A DNA stretch of 64,000 bases from Anthoceros angustus (taxonomy: Eukaryota; Plantae; Anthocerotophyta), in assembly GCA_010909165.1 (NCBI GenBank), contig MU008180.1:123884-187883 (forward strand), read 5' to 3'. The first letter of the stretch is position 1; each line of letters begins with the position of its first letter. This document shows positions 21,587 through 34,085 of this stretch, in pieces. The notes under the pieces are model-generated. The model was not told where the DNA came from, did not search any database, and was given only the letters and a program-made list of their open reading frames with translations. Position numbers and translations under genes: made by a program.

Positions 21587-24130
21587 CTCTGAAGAGATAT
21601 CATGCTCGAGGTTAGGTACCTGTCCTTAAATGATGAACATAAAGAGGACGATGGTAGTACCCTAAATGTTGCCAGGAGAATGCACCTGATCGAGCTGACG
21701 AACTGAATTGTCTCGTCCTTCTGGCCCAAAGCGCGATTGCAAATTGCAATGGCACACTCCTTCCCGCGAGGGAAGGATAGTACCGGGCTACCCCCTTGCA
21801 GCCGACTTCGCCTCGACAACTGCCAGGGCTGACGCAGCCAGCGATGTCGCGAGCAACCCGACAGAAATTCTCGGTCCCATTGGGTGCATACATAACTAGA
21901 TGTGTAATTGTGTATGTCTATATGCAGGATAAACCTGGGACTTACATAACTAGATACATATGTATGTCAACTTGAGTCGCGCGTGTCCATTGTGCTGGTA
22001 CGAAGGATAAAAGGTACGTATTTATTACATATAGTTCCAAAATAAATAGATAAAATTTAAATATTACTATTATATATATAATTTATTTTTTATTTTCAGA
22101 TTTTTTTGTTCATATTTATGTTATAAAAGTGCACTTAGGGTTGGTCGAATTACAAGGGTGCAATAAACTAGCTCTATGAGGTCAACCTTGCGCTGGAAAC
22201 CGGTGTTATGAGGTACATATGAGATTCAGACAATTGTACATATGAGATTCAGACAATTGTGACACTCTCTACAACAGAAGCTGAGTATGTCTTTTTGACT
22301 CATTTTACCAAGGAAACTAGTTGATATAGTAAATTATAAATAGAATTGAGGTGTCTTCTGTAAGGAGAAACGCGAAAATCAGAGTACCGTACCCCGAAGG
22401 ATGATTTGGCATTAATTAATTAAAATTAGTAAAAGTTGAAAATCCAGAAATTACTATACTCAAAACTCCCAATGTCTAAAAATTTGCAAGTTTAGAATGC
22501 CAAAAACAAGGAAACTAGGGTCTGTGTGGGAAATTAGGGCTTGTTTAGGGGAGGTCTATACATATCTATTAATTCCACATAGACCCCTTGTCTTTACCTT
22601 TTCCAGTTCAACCTTTTGCGAGGCATGTCAGTTAAGCAAGGCCTCTTCTTTACCTTTTTTGGACAAGTTTCCCACTGACTAATGGCCTCCACATCATACA
22701 TAGTGAAATTTAGGCCCATGTCAACGACTTCCTTTGTGGTCCAGATTATTTTCTCACTTTCATTGATGAGTGGACTAGATGCTGCTTTTCCATTGCGACA
22801 CCTGTCCCTCCCAACAACCTAGTATTGAAACTGCGCTACTTCAAGATGGAATCAGGGGCAATCACCTAGTTTCTCTGAAGAGATATCATGCTCGAGGTTA
22901 GGTACCTGTCCTTAAATGATGAACATAAAGAGGACGATGGTAGTACCCTAAATGTTGCCAGGAGAATGCACCTGATCGAGCTGACGAACTGAATTGTCTC
23001 GTCCTTCTGGCCCAAAGCGCGATTGCAAATTGCAATGGCACTCCTTCCCGCGAGGGAAGGATAGTACCAGGCTACCCTTGCAGCCGACTTCGCCTCGACA
23101 ACTGCCAGGGCTGACGCAGCCAGCGATGTCGCGAGCAACCGACAGAAATTCTCGGTCCCATTGGGTGCATACATAACTAGATGTGTAATTGTGTATGTCT
23201 ATATGCAGGATAAACCTGGGACTTACATAACTAGATACATATGTATGTCAACTTGAGTCGCGCGTGTCCATTGTGCTGGTACGAAGGATAAAAGGTACGT
23301 ATTTATTACATATAGTTCCAAAATAAATAGATAAAATTTAAATATTACTATTATATATATAATTTATTTTTATTTTCAGATTTTTGTTCATATTTATGTT
23401 ATAAAAGTGCACTTAGGGTTGGTCGAATTACAAGGGTGCAATAAACTAGCTCTATGAGGTCAACCTTTGGAAACCCAGGTTATGAGGTACATATGAGATT
23501 GAGACAATTGTACATATGAGATTGAACAATTGTGACACTCTCTACAATGTGTTGTCTAGTATGTCTTTTGACTCATTTACCAAGGAAACTAGTTGATATA
23601 GTAAATTATAAATAGAATTGAGGTGTCTTCTGTAAGGAGAAACGCGAAAATCAGAGTACCCTACCCCGAAGGATGATTTGGCATTAATTAATTAAAATTA
23701 GTAAAAGTTGAAAATCCAGAAATTACTATACTCAAAACTCCCAATGTCTAAAAATTTGCAAGTTTAGAATGCCGAAAACAAGGAAACTAGGGTCTGTGTG
23801 GGAAATTAGGGCTTGTTTAGGGGAGGTCTATACATATCTATTAATTCCACATAGACCCCTTGTCTTTACCTTTTCCAGTTCAACCTTTTGCGAGGCATGT
23901 CAGTTAAGCAAGGCCTCTTCTTTACCTTTTTTGGACAAGTTTCCCACTACAGCTAATGGCCTCCTGCACATCATACATAGTGAAATTTGTGGGCCCATGT
24001 CAACGACTTCCTTTGGTGGTCCAGATTATTTTCTCACTTTCATTGATGAGTGGACTAGGTACTGTACCGTTTTTCCATTGCGACACCCACTGTCCCTCCC
24101 AACAACCTAGTATTGAAACCTGCGCTACTT
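21587..24130. repeat. ~1.29-kb direct tandem duplication of AT-rich intergenic DNA and copia debris
   Basis: CTCTGAAGAGATATCATGCTCGAGG at about 21587 and 22873; matching ORFs 22497..22682 and 23769..24110. Confidence 0.93.
22255..22800 (+). mobile_element. Copia remnants: RNase H fragment (about 22255-22320) and GAG-pre-integrase/integrase fragment (about 22600-22800; copy at 23880-24080)
   Basis: QTIVTLSTTEAEYV; FCEACQLSK...LHIIHSEICGPMSTTSFGGPDYFLTFIDEWTRY. Confidence 0.85.
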
Positions 24131-24640
24131 CAAGATGGAATCAGGGAGCAGCTCCATTGTGGTTTCTACTGGGCAGAATTGCACCTTACCCATGCCACAA
24201 GTCGAGCAACTGCCCAGGCCTGCAAACATGCAAGGTTGTGCCAGCTTGCATCCGCACCCTTCTCACATAAGGCAGTTTCACACAACAACCTTACAGAGGC
24301 AACACATGTTTACTTGCACTACACTGGAGTCCATCAGCTCCGCGCCCTACGTGAGCACATGTTTCACAGGTGCAATGGCAACCCCCACGAGGATGAACCC
24401 TTGAAAGCCCACCTCGCAGTGCATTGAAAGCATCCTTAAGGAAAGCCATTTCCACATGATAACGGCAGCAACACAAATTCCGCTCCTGCAGGCTCTTCAC
24501 AAAATATGGCTTCAACTTCTCAAAGCTATGTTGTCCAACTTGAATCTTTGGGTGCTCCGCGCAAAACCGCAGGTAAAATCTAGTCCGCATGCGTGAATGA
24601 CAGTGGGTTTGTTAGAACTAGATCGAACGGTGCATCAGCA
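24113..24640 (-). mobile_element. Remnant of a Cys-rich ORF, probably from a DNA transposon (superfamily not assigned)
   Basis: FEKLKPYFVKSLQERNLCCCRYHVEM...CHCTCETC, continuing through frameshifts to WHNLAC..CSTCG..QFCPVE...K*RRFQY. From memory this resembles transposase-associated Cys-rich regions; not verifiable here. Confidence 0.55.
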
Positions 24641-27536
24641 CTTGAAACCACACATATTTCACAATCTCACCAGAAACAATCACAACCCATACTATCCCAA
24701 CCCTTAATAGCCATAGAAGCAATGTTAGCTCCAAACCACTTGAACAAATAGCCTAGTACATCACAGCATCGCCCAAGTCCAGGACAAAACACGATAATAT
24801 TTAAAGGGGCTTAATATACATGAAGGGGCTTTTGGGCCTATTATACGTGGAAGGGGGTTTCTAATGGGCACTGAACACAGCATTCCGAGCACATCCGTAA
24901 AAAATACCTTGAAAAATAGGGCCGCATATGACTAGAGTTGAGGAATTTGCCTCTGCGGAAACCCTTATAAGGTTCCACAGCTGGACAACCATCCGTGTTT
25001 ACGTCATTTTGATGCCCATGTTCGGCCACCAGTTCTGGAGGTACATAATTAAAAAAATATAAAAAAATATACAGCACGAGTAATAAACATGGCCTGAGTG
25101 CTCATATGGTTCAAAAGTAATATGGACTTGCCACTAGGGCATAATGCTCGTGTTGTTTTACATCTTAACGGAGAAGTGGACCGTTTCCAAGAGGCAATAG
25201 GGCAATTAGACGCGAGCATGCTGGCGCTCAATGGCACCGGCATGCCGGCGCTAGTGGGTCCACACCGTGTGGTGGACTGGCTCAAATGAACATAGGGTGG
25301 ACAAGTGCCCTCTTGTAACATGTAATTATACATACTGTATAGCAGTTTGGCCAAAGCTGGCTTCAGGTTGCACTAATCGAAAAATACCACCACCATATAC
25401 CACCACCATAAAAGGCAGCAGCCGTAAACTATTCTACAGTGGACAGGGTCCACAGAGTCTTGTAGTATGTGCGACTCATTAGGAAATGTCTGGTGCCTAA
25501 GTACACACATGGAAGGGTGTAGGCACGCCGGGAGATAACGCATGATATGAATATTGGATAAGGGCGCCGGTATGTTGACGCCCTTTCGAGGGACTATGAG
25601 GGGATAAGAGGGCATGAGGGAGCAAAAGGGCATGCGGGCACCGGCGTGCCGATGCCTTTTGAGGGACTATGAGGGGTGTGGACAAGGGAAGAACGGTAGA
25701 CTCCCCCTTAGGAAGGTAATAGGAGTTGTTTTTGTTTTTTTTGGGTGTTTGGTGTGAGGAATAAGACGGTAGAGGAAGAAAATAAGGCTGAACGGACCTA
25801 ATCGCGATGGACGGGGAAGACGTGAGGAAGGGGCCTCGCTAGACAACGTCGTGAACTCCGGAGCGACTCTGGAGGAACTCCGGAGCAGATTAGGGTGAAG
25901 TCCGATGGAAGGAGTGACCGGAGAACGGGCGTGGAGCGTAATTTGCAAGACACGGCGGTGCCAGTGGATGATGACATGGCGGACCGGGACGCGGAGTTGT
26001 CGGCCGTTATAAGGGGAGGTATCTACGACCCAAGGACATGCGCCAAGAAGGCGGCGAGCGTACATGTGGACTACGGACTTCCCTTGGGGGTTAAGAAATA
26101 AGTAGGGTTTTGTTTTTTCGTAGGAGGCGGAGGATAAAATAAGGCGGAAAGGAGGAATAAGCATGGATAGCACCGACCGACTCGAGTATACTCCGGACTC
26201 GGAGTGGCAACGACACTACCTACTATGGCTGCACCGACTACGCCGGGTAACGGATAAGTCCGGACCCACTCCAGTCAAAGCAGGATAAGTACGCCAGGAA
26301 AGTAACTTAGAAGTTGAGCCGTGAGGATGACTAGGCGGCGCCACGGACGGCCCCGAGTGGAGGTCGGGCAGGCCAGACTGACCTGCTGGGGCCGCAGGCA
26401 GTATTCACGCGACCCGCGGCGAAGGCCGAGTAAGCGGGCGTAAGGCGAGTAAGCGGGCGTAAGGTCGAGAATAAGCCATGCGGACCTCTGGCGATTCTGG
26501 ACGAAGGCGCCTTCCCGCCCGTTACTCCCAAAGGCGCGGCGAAGGGAAGGTCATGCACAGCCTCGAGACACAGCCTGCGCCCGCAACCCGGCTCTCTGGC
26601 GCTATCTCTTTGAGCGCCCAAGCACCTTCGAGCGTGGTTCACCGGGTTGGAGCAACGAACGCGGGCGAGGAGGCGATCGCGCCGAACTCCGGGCGACTGG
26701 AGGAACTCGGGGCGGTTAGGGTGAAGTCCGATGGAAGGAGGAGAGCAGGCGTGGGCGTAATGTGAAGCAAGACACCCCGGGCGGTGCAAGTGGATGGCCA
26801 GCATCACGGCGGACCGGGACGCGGAGTTGTCGGCCGTTATAAGGCGGGGAGGTATCTGACCCAAGGACATGCGCCAAGAAGGCGGCGTACATGTGGACTA
26901 CGGACTTCCCTTGAGTTAAGAAAATAAGTAGGGTTTTGTTTTTTCGTAGGAGGCGGAGGATAAAATAAGGCGGAAAGGAGGAATAAGCATGGATAGCACT
27001 CCGGTGCACTCGGAGTATACTCGGACTCGGAGTGGGCAACGTACCCGGACCTACTATGGCCGGACTACGTCGGAGTAGCAGGATAAGTCCGGACCCACTC
27101 CAGTCAAAGCAGGATAAATCGCCGAGTAACTTAGAAGTTGAGCCGTGAGGGCAGACTAGCGGCGCCACGTGGGCCGGAGTGGAGGTCGGGCATGCGGGCC
27201 GTAGCCTTGCAGGCCGTTATAGCGGTATTCGCCCGCGGGCTGGCGGCGGCGTAAAACTGGCAGCGTAAGGCGAGTAAGCGGGCGTAAAAATAAGCCATGA
27301 GACCTCTGGCGATTCACAGACGAGGCGCCTTCAGCCCGGTTACTCCCAAAGGCGCGGCGAAGGAAGGTCATTCGCGAGACAATTCTCGCGATCTCTTGCG
27401 CTCCAAACCCGGCTCTGGCGCTATCTCTTTGGCGCCCAAGCACCTTCGGCGTGGTTCCGGGTTGGAGCGGCGAGCGGCGAGGAGGCGCATCGTGCCGGTG
27501 AACTCGGTCGGCGGCTACGGCAACAGGAGGCAGGCG

Positions 27537-30500
27537 ATGGCACCCAAAAAGCTGCGGAAGTTTGGGAGCCATGGAACCTCGTAGCGCAACATTGTGACCC
27601 GCGCTATCCGGACTTTGGGCCCGGCCGGAGGAAGCGGGAGAATTAGTGAGGAGTGGCACTGGATGTGTTCCACGGTCCGGACGCTCGACTGGCTACCCGT
27701 CCGGAGTTCCCAAGATGTTGGCGGTCAACAAGGAGGTTCGGTCCAAGAACCTCCGGGAGGACCCGAGGCGATGGACCTTGGAGGTCCTGAGGGCGGCCTA
27801 CAACCGCCCAAAGGAGGAAGAAGGGGGTGTGGTGCCAGAGCCCCTCAAGGCGAAGGGAAAGATAGGGCCGGCAACAGCGGCGATGCTGAGGCCTGGAACG
27901 CAGAGGACAACCAACGGCTGGTTGATATCCGACTCTTGGGCGGTCGAGTAAGGCGGTAGCCGGATCATTGTCCATTGAACTCGCCACCAAGGTGGATCAC
28001 CTTGGTGATAACTGCTGGTATTTCTCGCATGCGCTACCGGGAAGAGGCGGACGGGAAGGATTATCTTCGCCTGCGGCCGAGGCCCGCAAGCTCAGGAGCG
28101 AGAAGCCCTCGCCATCTGGGCTGTCCCCATACCTGATCCATGTATGGGGACATTTCGAGCTCCTGAAGGAGGGAGAGCTTGAGCGGGCGCTCCGGAAAGG
28201 ACTGGAGGCCCTGCCGGAAGTGGAGCGTGCAAGGGCGCCCGAGGTGGGGGCCGACCCTCTAAGGCCAAACGGACCCGGGAGGAGGACGACTGGGAGGGAA
28301 TTCCGGACTCCATACGTCTGGAACGGACCCCCTCACCACCCAGGGAAGTATGGGAGGAAATCCCCGCTTCCCTCCTCCTGGTGCCCCCGAGCAGCCCAAG
28401 CAGAGGCGGCCCCAACTCAATAGCCCACCACCACCACAACCACACCATGGAGCCTCGACGGAGGGAACCAAGAGACGCAAGACACACAACGCAAGACCTC
28501 GACGGTGCCAAGATTCTACCGCCTACCTGAGTGGCAAGAAGCGGACCGGGAGGAGGCGAGGAGGGCGTAAAGGACGCCTGTGAGCAGGAGGTCACCGCAG
28601 CACTGCACTGAGCCGGGTCCTGCCTCCGATGTGAAGAGGCAAAAGGCTTGCTCCCGACCCTCGAGGCCAAGCGGACCGGGAGGAGGCGGGAGGTCCGGAC
28701 TCCATCGTGCAGGCGGACCCCTCACCACCCAGGGAAGTATGGGAGAAATCGCTTCCCTCCTCACAGTGCCCGGGCGGCCGGTCTGGCGGGCGGCCCCAAC
28801 TCAATAGCCCGGCCTGACCACAACCACGGCGGCCGTGGAAGAGGCAAACGCAAGGCAGCGTCTACCAGCCGCACCTCGTGCCGGTGCCCCACCCTTGCAG
28901 GTGCTGAGAAGGCGGTAAGGAGGCGAAGGGCCTTGCCGAGGCGAGAGGTCATGGCGCCGGGCAGTCTGTCTCCGGCGGAAGAGGCAAAAGGCTTGCTCCG
29001 GACCCCTCACCTCCTCCGAGCCCTGTGAGAAAAAGGCGGAGAAGGAACTCGCGGCCAAAAGGGCCAAGGAGGGTGAAGCCCGAGTCAAGACTCAGACCTA
29101 AGGGTCCCGATTAGGTCCGAGAACCCACCGACTTACTCCTGACTGCGGTATGGAGGTCCTGGCGGACATGAAATGCCGCTCCCTACGGACTTTGTGGGAG
29201 CCTCACCAGTGGCGGCCGTGGAAGAAACACGGCGGGTCCTGGCTACCGTCATGGACGGTATGCTTTGGGGTCTCTGCGGGATGGCCGAGAAGACCCAGGA
29301 GGTAGAAGCCACCCGGAGGCGTATGGTACTCCTCCAGGAGCAGTTGGAGGGGGCCCAGGAGGCAAGGAGGAAGGCCGAAGCTCTCGGCCGAATTGAGGAA
29401 GGGAAACGCCGGGAGGCCGAGAGGGAAGTCTGGTCCATTCGCAAGGACCGGACTAAATTCCTTCAGCTGGAGGAGCAGCTGAAGCAGGCTAAGGAGGCCC
29501 AAGCGCGGGCTGAGGACCTCTGCAGGCGGAGAGGGGTAGCGCAGCAGGAGGCGGAAGAGGCCCGGGCGCAAGCGGAGAGGGCTCGGGACCTGGCGGAGGC
29601 GGCCCGACTAGACCAGAGCTGTCGAGAGGCCGTGAAGGTGGCCAAGGAGGCGGCCACGCAGCCGACCGCGATCACTATCGGCGTGATCGGGTGGAGGGAG
29701 GCTACCAGCCACGCCAATCAAGGCCGAGCAGCAAGAGAGCAAGCACGGACGAGCCGCGAAACACCGGAGGCCAAGACCCGGAAATCGGGGACCCTGTGGC
29801 GCAGGAGGTAGAAGGGAGGCGGCGGAGCAGCGGAGGAAGAAGGACACCTTGGAGTTACAACCCAAGACGCTGAGCAAAGCAAGGGGTTCTCAACGAGAGA
29901 GTCCAAGACTTCGAGAGAGAGCGCCCACTCAAGATGGAGCAGGAGGCGGCGGAGCAAGCGCGACCAGCCAGAAGTCGCGACAAGGAGATGGAGGATCTCC
30001 TGACTCACGGTGAGGTGGAGCAGAGAGAGATGGAAGACCGCAAGGAGACCTTGAGTCGCAGCCCAAACTACCATTGAGAGGAATGGTAGTCTCAGACGTG
30101 GTCGCGAACGCGAACGGAAATAGAGCGGCCCACCCTGACTGAGGCGGAGCGATGGAGCGAGGCGGGGCGTCGCCGAAATGGAGAAGGGAGGCGGCGGGGA
30201 GGCGGCAGAGTTGCCCGACCGTCTGAGAGGAGATGGCGAGTTAATGCCAATGGAGAGAAGCAAGAGCACGGAAGGCATAAGAAGCCGTCCGCTTGAGGAA
30301 GGCGGAAGCCACCGGGCGTATGGTACTCCTCCGGGAGGCGGCGGAGCAAGCGAGGAGTTGGAGGTGGAGCAACAACGGCGGGGAGGTGACCGAGGCAGCC
30401 TTGCACAAGGAAGTGGCCCTCCTATCAAACTGGCGGGGAGGTGGTCCAACAAGGCGTACGCTCGGCTCCGGAGCACCTATGGCGAAGGGAGTATCGGTGC

Positions 30501-31606
30501 CCCGCACACGTGGAAGAGGCAATCCAACAAGTGGATTCGGACTTTGCCTATTACCACGCCGAGCCCCGAAGAGGCCGGGCGCAGCGGCTCGGGACTGGCG
30601 GAGGCGGCCCGACTAGAGAGCCAAGGAGGCGGAAGCCCCGGTGAAGGTGGCCAAGGAGGCGGAAGCCACGGCAAGCCGATCACTCGGCGTGATCGGTGGA
30701 GGCGGCGGCGGAGATTGGACCACCAATCCCAAAGGCGGCGGGGAGGTGGCCGGACTCGGAGTCGAGGCCGGACCTCGAGGTCGGACTCGGGAAATAAACG
30801 GACTCACAGGTTCGGACTCGGCGTGATCGGGTGGAGGGAGGCGGCGGGGAGGCTGGAGGGCGAGGACACCTTGGAGTTACAACTCCAAGGCGTCGGAGCA
30901 CAAGGGGTTCTCAACGAGAGTCCAAGACTTGACGGGAGATAGGCGCCTCGGCTCTGCACGAAGATGGCGAGGCGGGGCGCAGCAGCGGACCGGCCGAGCC
31001 AGGAAGCTCGCGACAAGGAGATGGAGGATCTCGGACTCGGCTCGTGAGGTGGAGGCGGCGGCGGAGATGGAAGACGCAAGGAGACCTTGGGCTGACTTCA
31101 AACTACCATTGAGAGGAATGGTAGTGCGGGGCGTGGTCGCGGCAGCGAGCGAAATAAAGCGGCTCCATTGGCTGCGGGGAGATGCAGCGATGGAGCGAGG
31201 CGGGGCGTCGCCGAAATGGAGAAGGACACAGAAGCCCGATCGCGAGTTGCCCGGCCAAATGCAGAGGAGATGGCGGAGTTGCGGAGAATGGACGAAAAGG
31301 CGAGACAAAGGCTGCTGGTCGATTGAGGAAGGCGGAAGAGCAGCTGCGTTATGGTGGTATGGCGGGGCGGGCGGGGCGAGGAGTTGGGCGGTGGAGCAAC
31401 GGCGGTTGCGGGGAGGTGGCCGGCGGCCCTTGCGGCCTCGCGTGGCGGCAGCTCCGGCTATCAAACTGGCGGGGAGGTGGTCCAACAAGCCGGGCGCTCG
31501 ACTCCGGAGCACCTATGGCGAAGGAGTATCGGGTGCTCGGGGCTGGTGGAAGAGGCAATTCAACAAGTGGATTCGGACTTTGCCTATTACCACGCTGAGC
31601 TCCTGA
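27537..31606 (+). pseudogene. G1 accessory (env-position) ORF, frameshifted and internally duplicated: conserved N-domain plus long coiled coil
   Basis: MAPKK...NLREDPRRWTLEVLRAAYNRPKEEEGG...TTNGWLISD...KPSPSGLSPYLIHVWGHFELL; E/A/R-rich coiled coil in ORF 29173..29811; C-terminus ...WKRQFNKWIRTLPITTLSS. Confidence 0.8.
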
Positions 31607-32334
31607 AGGCGATGAGCCTCAGCTGCAAATAAACGGACCTGGAAGGCTCGGAGGAAGAAGGGCATGGGGACCACAGGGGACTCTAGTGGCCCCTGCTTGG
31701 AGACGACGGCAGGGGGAGAAGAGCCTCAAGAGGAGCGAGACAACGGACCCTGTGGTAAGTTCACCGCAACCCGCCTGGAGAAGGGAGGTGACCCCCGAAG
31801 GAGCCAACCCGACCCAAGACAAGGTCGGGTAGGGATGAGGACCTAGCAAGACGAGGTCCATGACAAGGGGTCCGGAGCTTGGGGACCGGACCGAATAAGT
31901 TCGACCCGAGGTCCGAACCCCAGAGACGAGGCCGGACCTCGAGGTCGGACTCGGGAAATAAACGGACTCACAGGTTCGGACTCGGAGTCGAGGCCGGACC
32001 TCGAGGTCCGGACCCAAGAAGAAGGAGGAGCCCTCTCGACTTACGCTTAGGGGAGCAGATAGGTGGCCCCACCGAGGGGACCCACGGGAGGCTGGGAGGA
32101 TGACGTTGGTAACGGGCGCCGCCGACACGCCGGAGCCAACCCGGCAGATTCCGGAGAAAGGAGGGGTCCCACCACGGATCATCCGATTGGGTGCGCCGAA
32201 TCGTGAGAGATTGGACCACCAATCCCAAAGGCGGAACCCGGGACCTTCCACCCACCACCGAAGGAGATAGGGGAGGAAATAGGATGGTAGGCGGCCGATT
32301 AGGTATACCGAAATGGCCATCACCGTAATAGGGG

Positions 32335-32848
32335 TGTAATAAAGACGCCGACTTGGGCGTAGTATAAGAGGGTCCGCTCAATAAATCATCTTTCTCTTGG
32401 TGTTGATGCCGCTCTGCGCACCTTGTGTGTCTTCTTGCTAACGTGAGTCCCGAGTCACCGAGCAGCACGCCTCCCGGAGAGATTGATCGGTTCCGTGACG
32501 AACCTAACGTGTCGCCCGCAGCCGCGCCCGCCGAACGGACCGAACGGTGAGCCGAGGGACTCGGGCGGCAGCCCGGACGAGAGGCCCAACGACGAGGAGG
32601 TCCTGACGTAACCCGCGGCCTTTCCCTAAGACCGATAAGTGTAGTGTGAGGGAGAGAGGAACGGACTAGAGGTGCGAGTGACTTAACGTGAACGATACGG
32701 ACGCGAACGGGTCCTTAAACGCTTGGCCACACCGGCTCGCGGTGAACGCTATGGTAGTTAGACGCGAATCGATGAATGTGTGCGCGTGAGACGAATCCGA
32801 AGTAAGACGAGAATCGCCCGAAAGCGCAAACGGAGCCCTGTCATTACA
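32335..32848 (+). mobile_element. G1 3' LTR (514 bp), preceded by a short PPT (ATAGGGG, 32328-32334)
   Basis: Perfect terminal inverted repeat TGTAAT (32335) ... ATTACA (32848). Confidence 0.85.
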
Positions 32849-33711
32849 TGGAGTGATTTTCTAAACCAAGTGGTCACAAAGAGGCCACATTTACCCTCTT
32901 TATCGCTAGACTTGAGATTCGTACCCAAGGGAGTGATTTCGTGTCAAGACAACCAAAACATAGCCAATCCAACCAAAACACGAGACATACAAAACATCTA
33001 GCGACTCTGAGACCAGCTACTATCCTAACAACACTCGGACATGGCTATCTTAGCCACGACTGTTGCTACCTTAACGGCGACCGGTTGCTATCTTAGCAAC
33101 CACCCTCTATTTTAGCAGTGGGACCCATCTCGGGTTCAGCTATTAATAGAAGGGTGGCCCACTTGGGGTCCAAGTGGATAAGATTGGACACCCTCTCTTA
33201 TCCTTCCACAAAGTCGGATCCACCAATCGAGTTGCGATCACACAACCCACCTCCTTACAGTAACACTTCCCGGATCTCTCTTTCTTCCCTCCAACCTTTC
33301 AGCTTTCCTCCCAAGCTTCATAGTCCTCCCAGGCTCTCACGACTCAGGTACCTCTTGCATCTCTCCATACTCCCCAAGTTCCTCTGCAACTCCTTCCGCT
33401 CCTTGTTCTCACACCTCACGGCCTCATTCAATCCCCACTTTCTCAGAAACATCACTTACGGACTTCTCCAATCCCTCTTACTTCTCTCCACAATCGGCAA
33501 CTCCCATGTCGGCATTTCCACTCCTCTCACAGTTCACTTTCTCACATTTTCCAAGCATACAAACCCGGACTCCGTCTCACTTCACCTTCTCTTCCACCCA
33601 CGGGCTCCCGCCTTGTCTCCTTTTCCACATGACCTTGACACCACAACTCAAACACAAGGTGAGTACTAGACAAGGAGAGAATGAGTAAGAATGGGACCTC
33701 CCGGCTTCACA
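32849..33711 (-). mobile_element. G2 3' LTR (~863 bp)
   Basis: Homologous to 50739-51584; minus strand starts TGTGAAGCCGGGAGG after PPT AGAGGAAGGGGAT (about 33712-33724). Confidence 0.9.
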
Positions 33712-34085
33712 ATCCCCTTCCTCTTATCCTTGGGAACTCCTCCAAGGAGATCACCAGTTCCTCCCTTGCTTTCCACCACTCTTGCGGATCTGGTCACACG
33801 GATCTGGGCAACAGTAGTCTTCTCGGCTCCTCCTGGCGGAGAAAGGTGCCTAGACTCACAGCCTGGATCTGGTACCCCCAAACCCCGTGCTCACCCCAAA
33901 CAGGACTTTAGGCCAACATTGCTTACATTTCATCAAGAGGCTGCCTCTTATACCCAAGATCAGCCCACAAAAGCGGCTTGGCGCTTGCCAAAAATACCAA
34001 TCGGTCTTAGTCCCAAGCCTAGAGGCCTATCTCTTAATTCTATCCACTATGAGGGAAGATTAGTCTATAACACATGGGCCTTCAT

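Larger units (their letters stand above)
25700..32848 (+). mobile_element. G1: 3' part of a Ty3/gypsy-type element (post-pol leader, accessory ORF, PPT, 3' LTR); gag-pol absent
   Basis: Ends in a PPT and a TGTAAT...ATTACA LTR; accessory ORF homologous to those of G2 and G3; U-rich stretch at about 25725 resembles the G2 post-integrase region. Leader duplicated at ~830-bp period (about 25860-27500). Confidence 0.75.

Noticed and set aside
21505-21893. Minus-strand ORFs downstream of the F-box gene (duplicate at 22866-23174)
   Set aside because: No recognisable family; the two copies disagree in frame.
33084-33100. GTTGCTA-N3-TAGCAAC as an RFX X-box
   Set aside because: Half-sites resemble it, but the spacing is longer than canonical and RFX factors are not known in land plants.
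33118-33669. 183-aa Ser/Leu/Pro-rich ORF
   Set aside because: Lies within the pyrimidine-rich G2 LTR and is not preserved in the other LTR copy.
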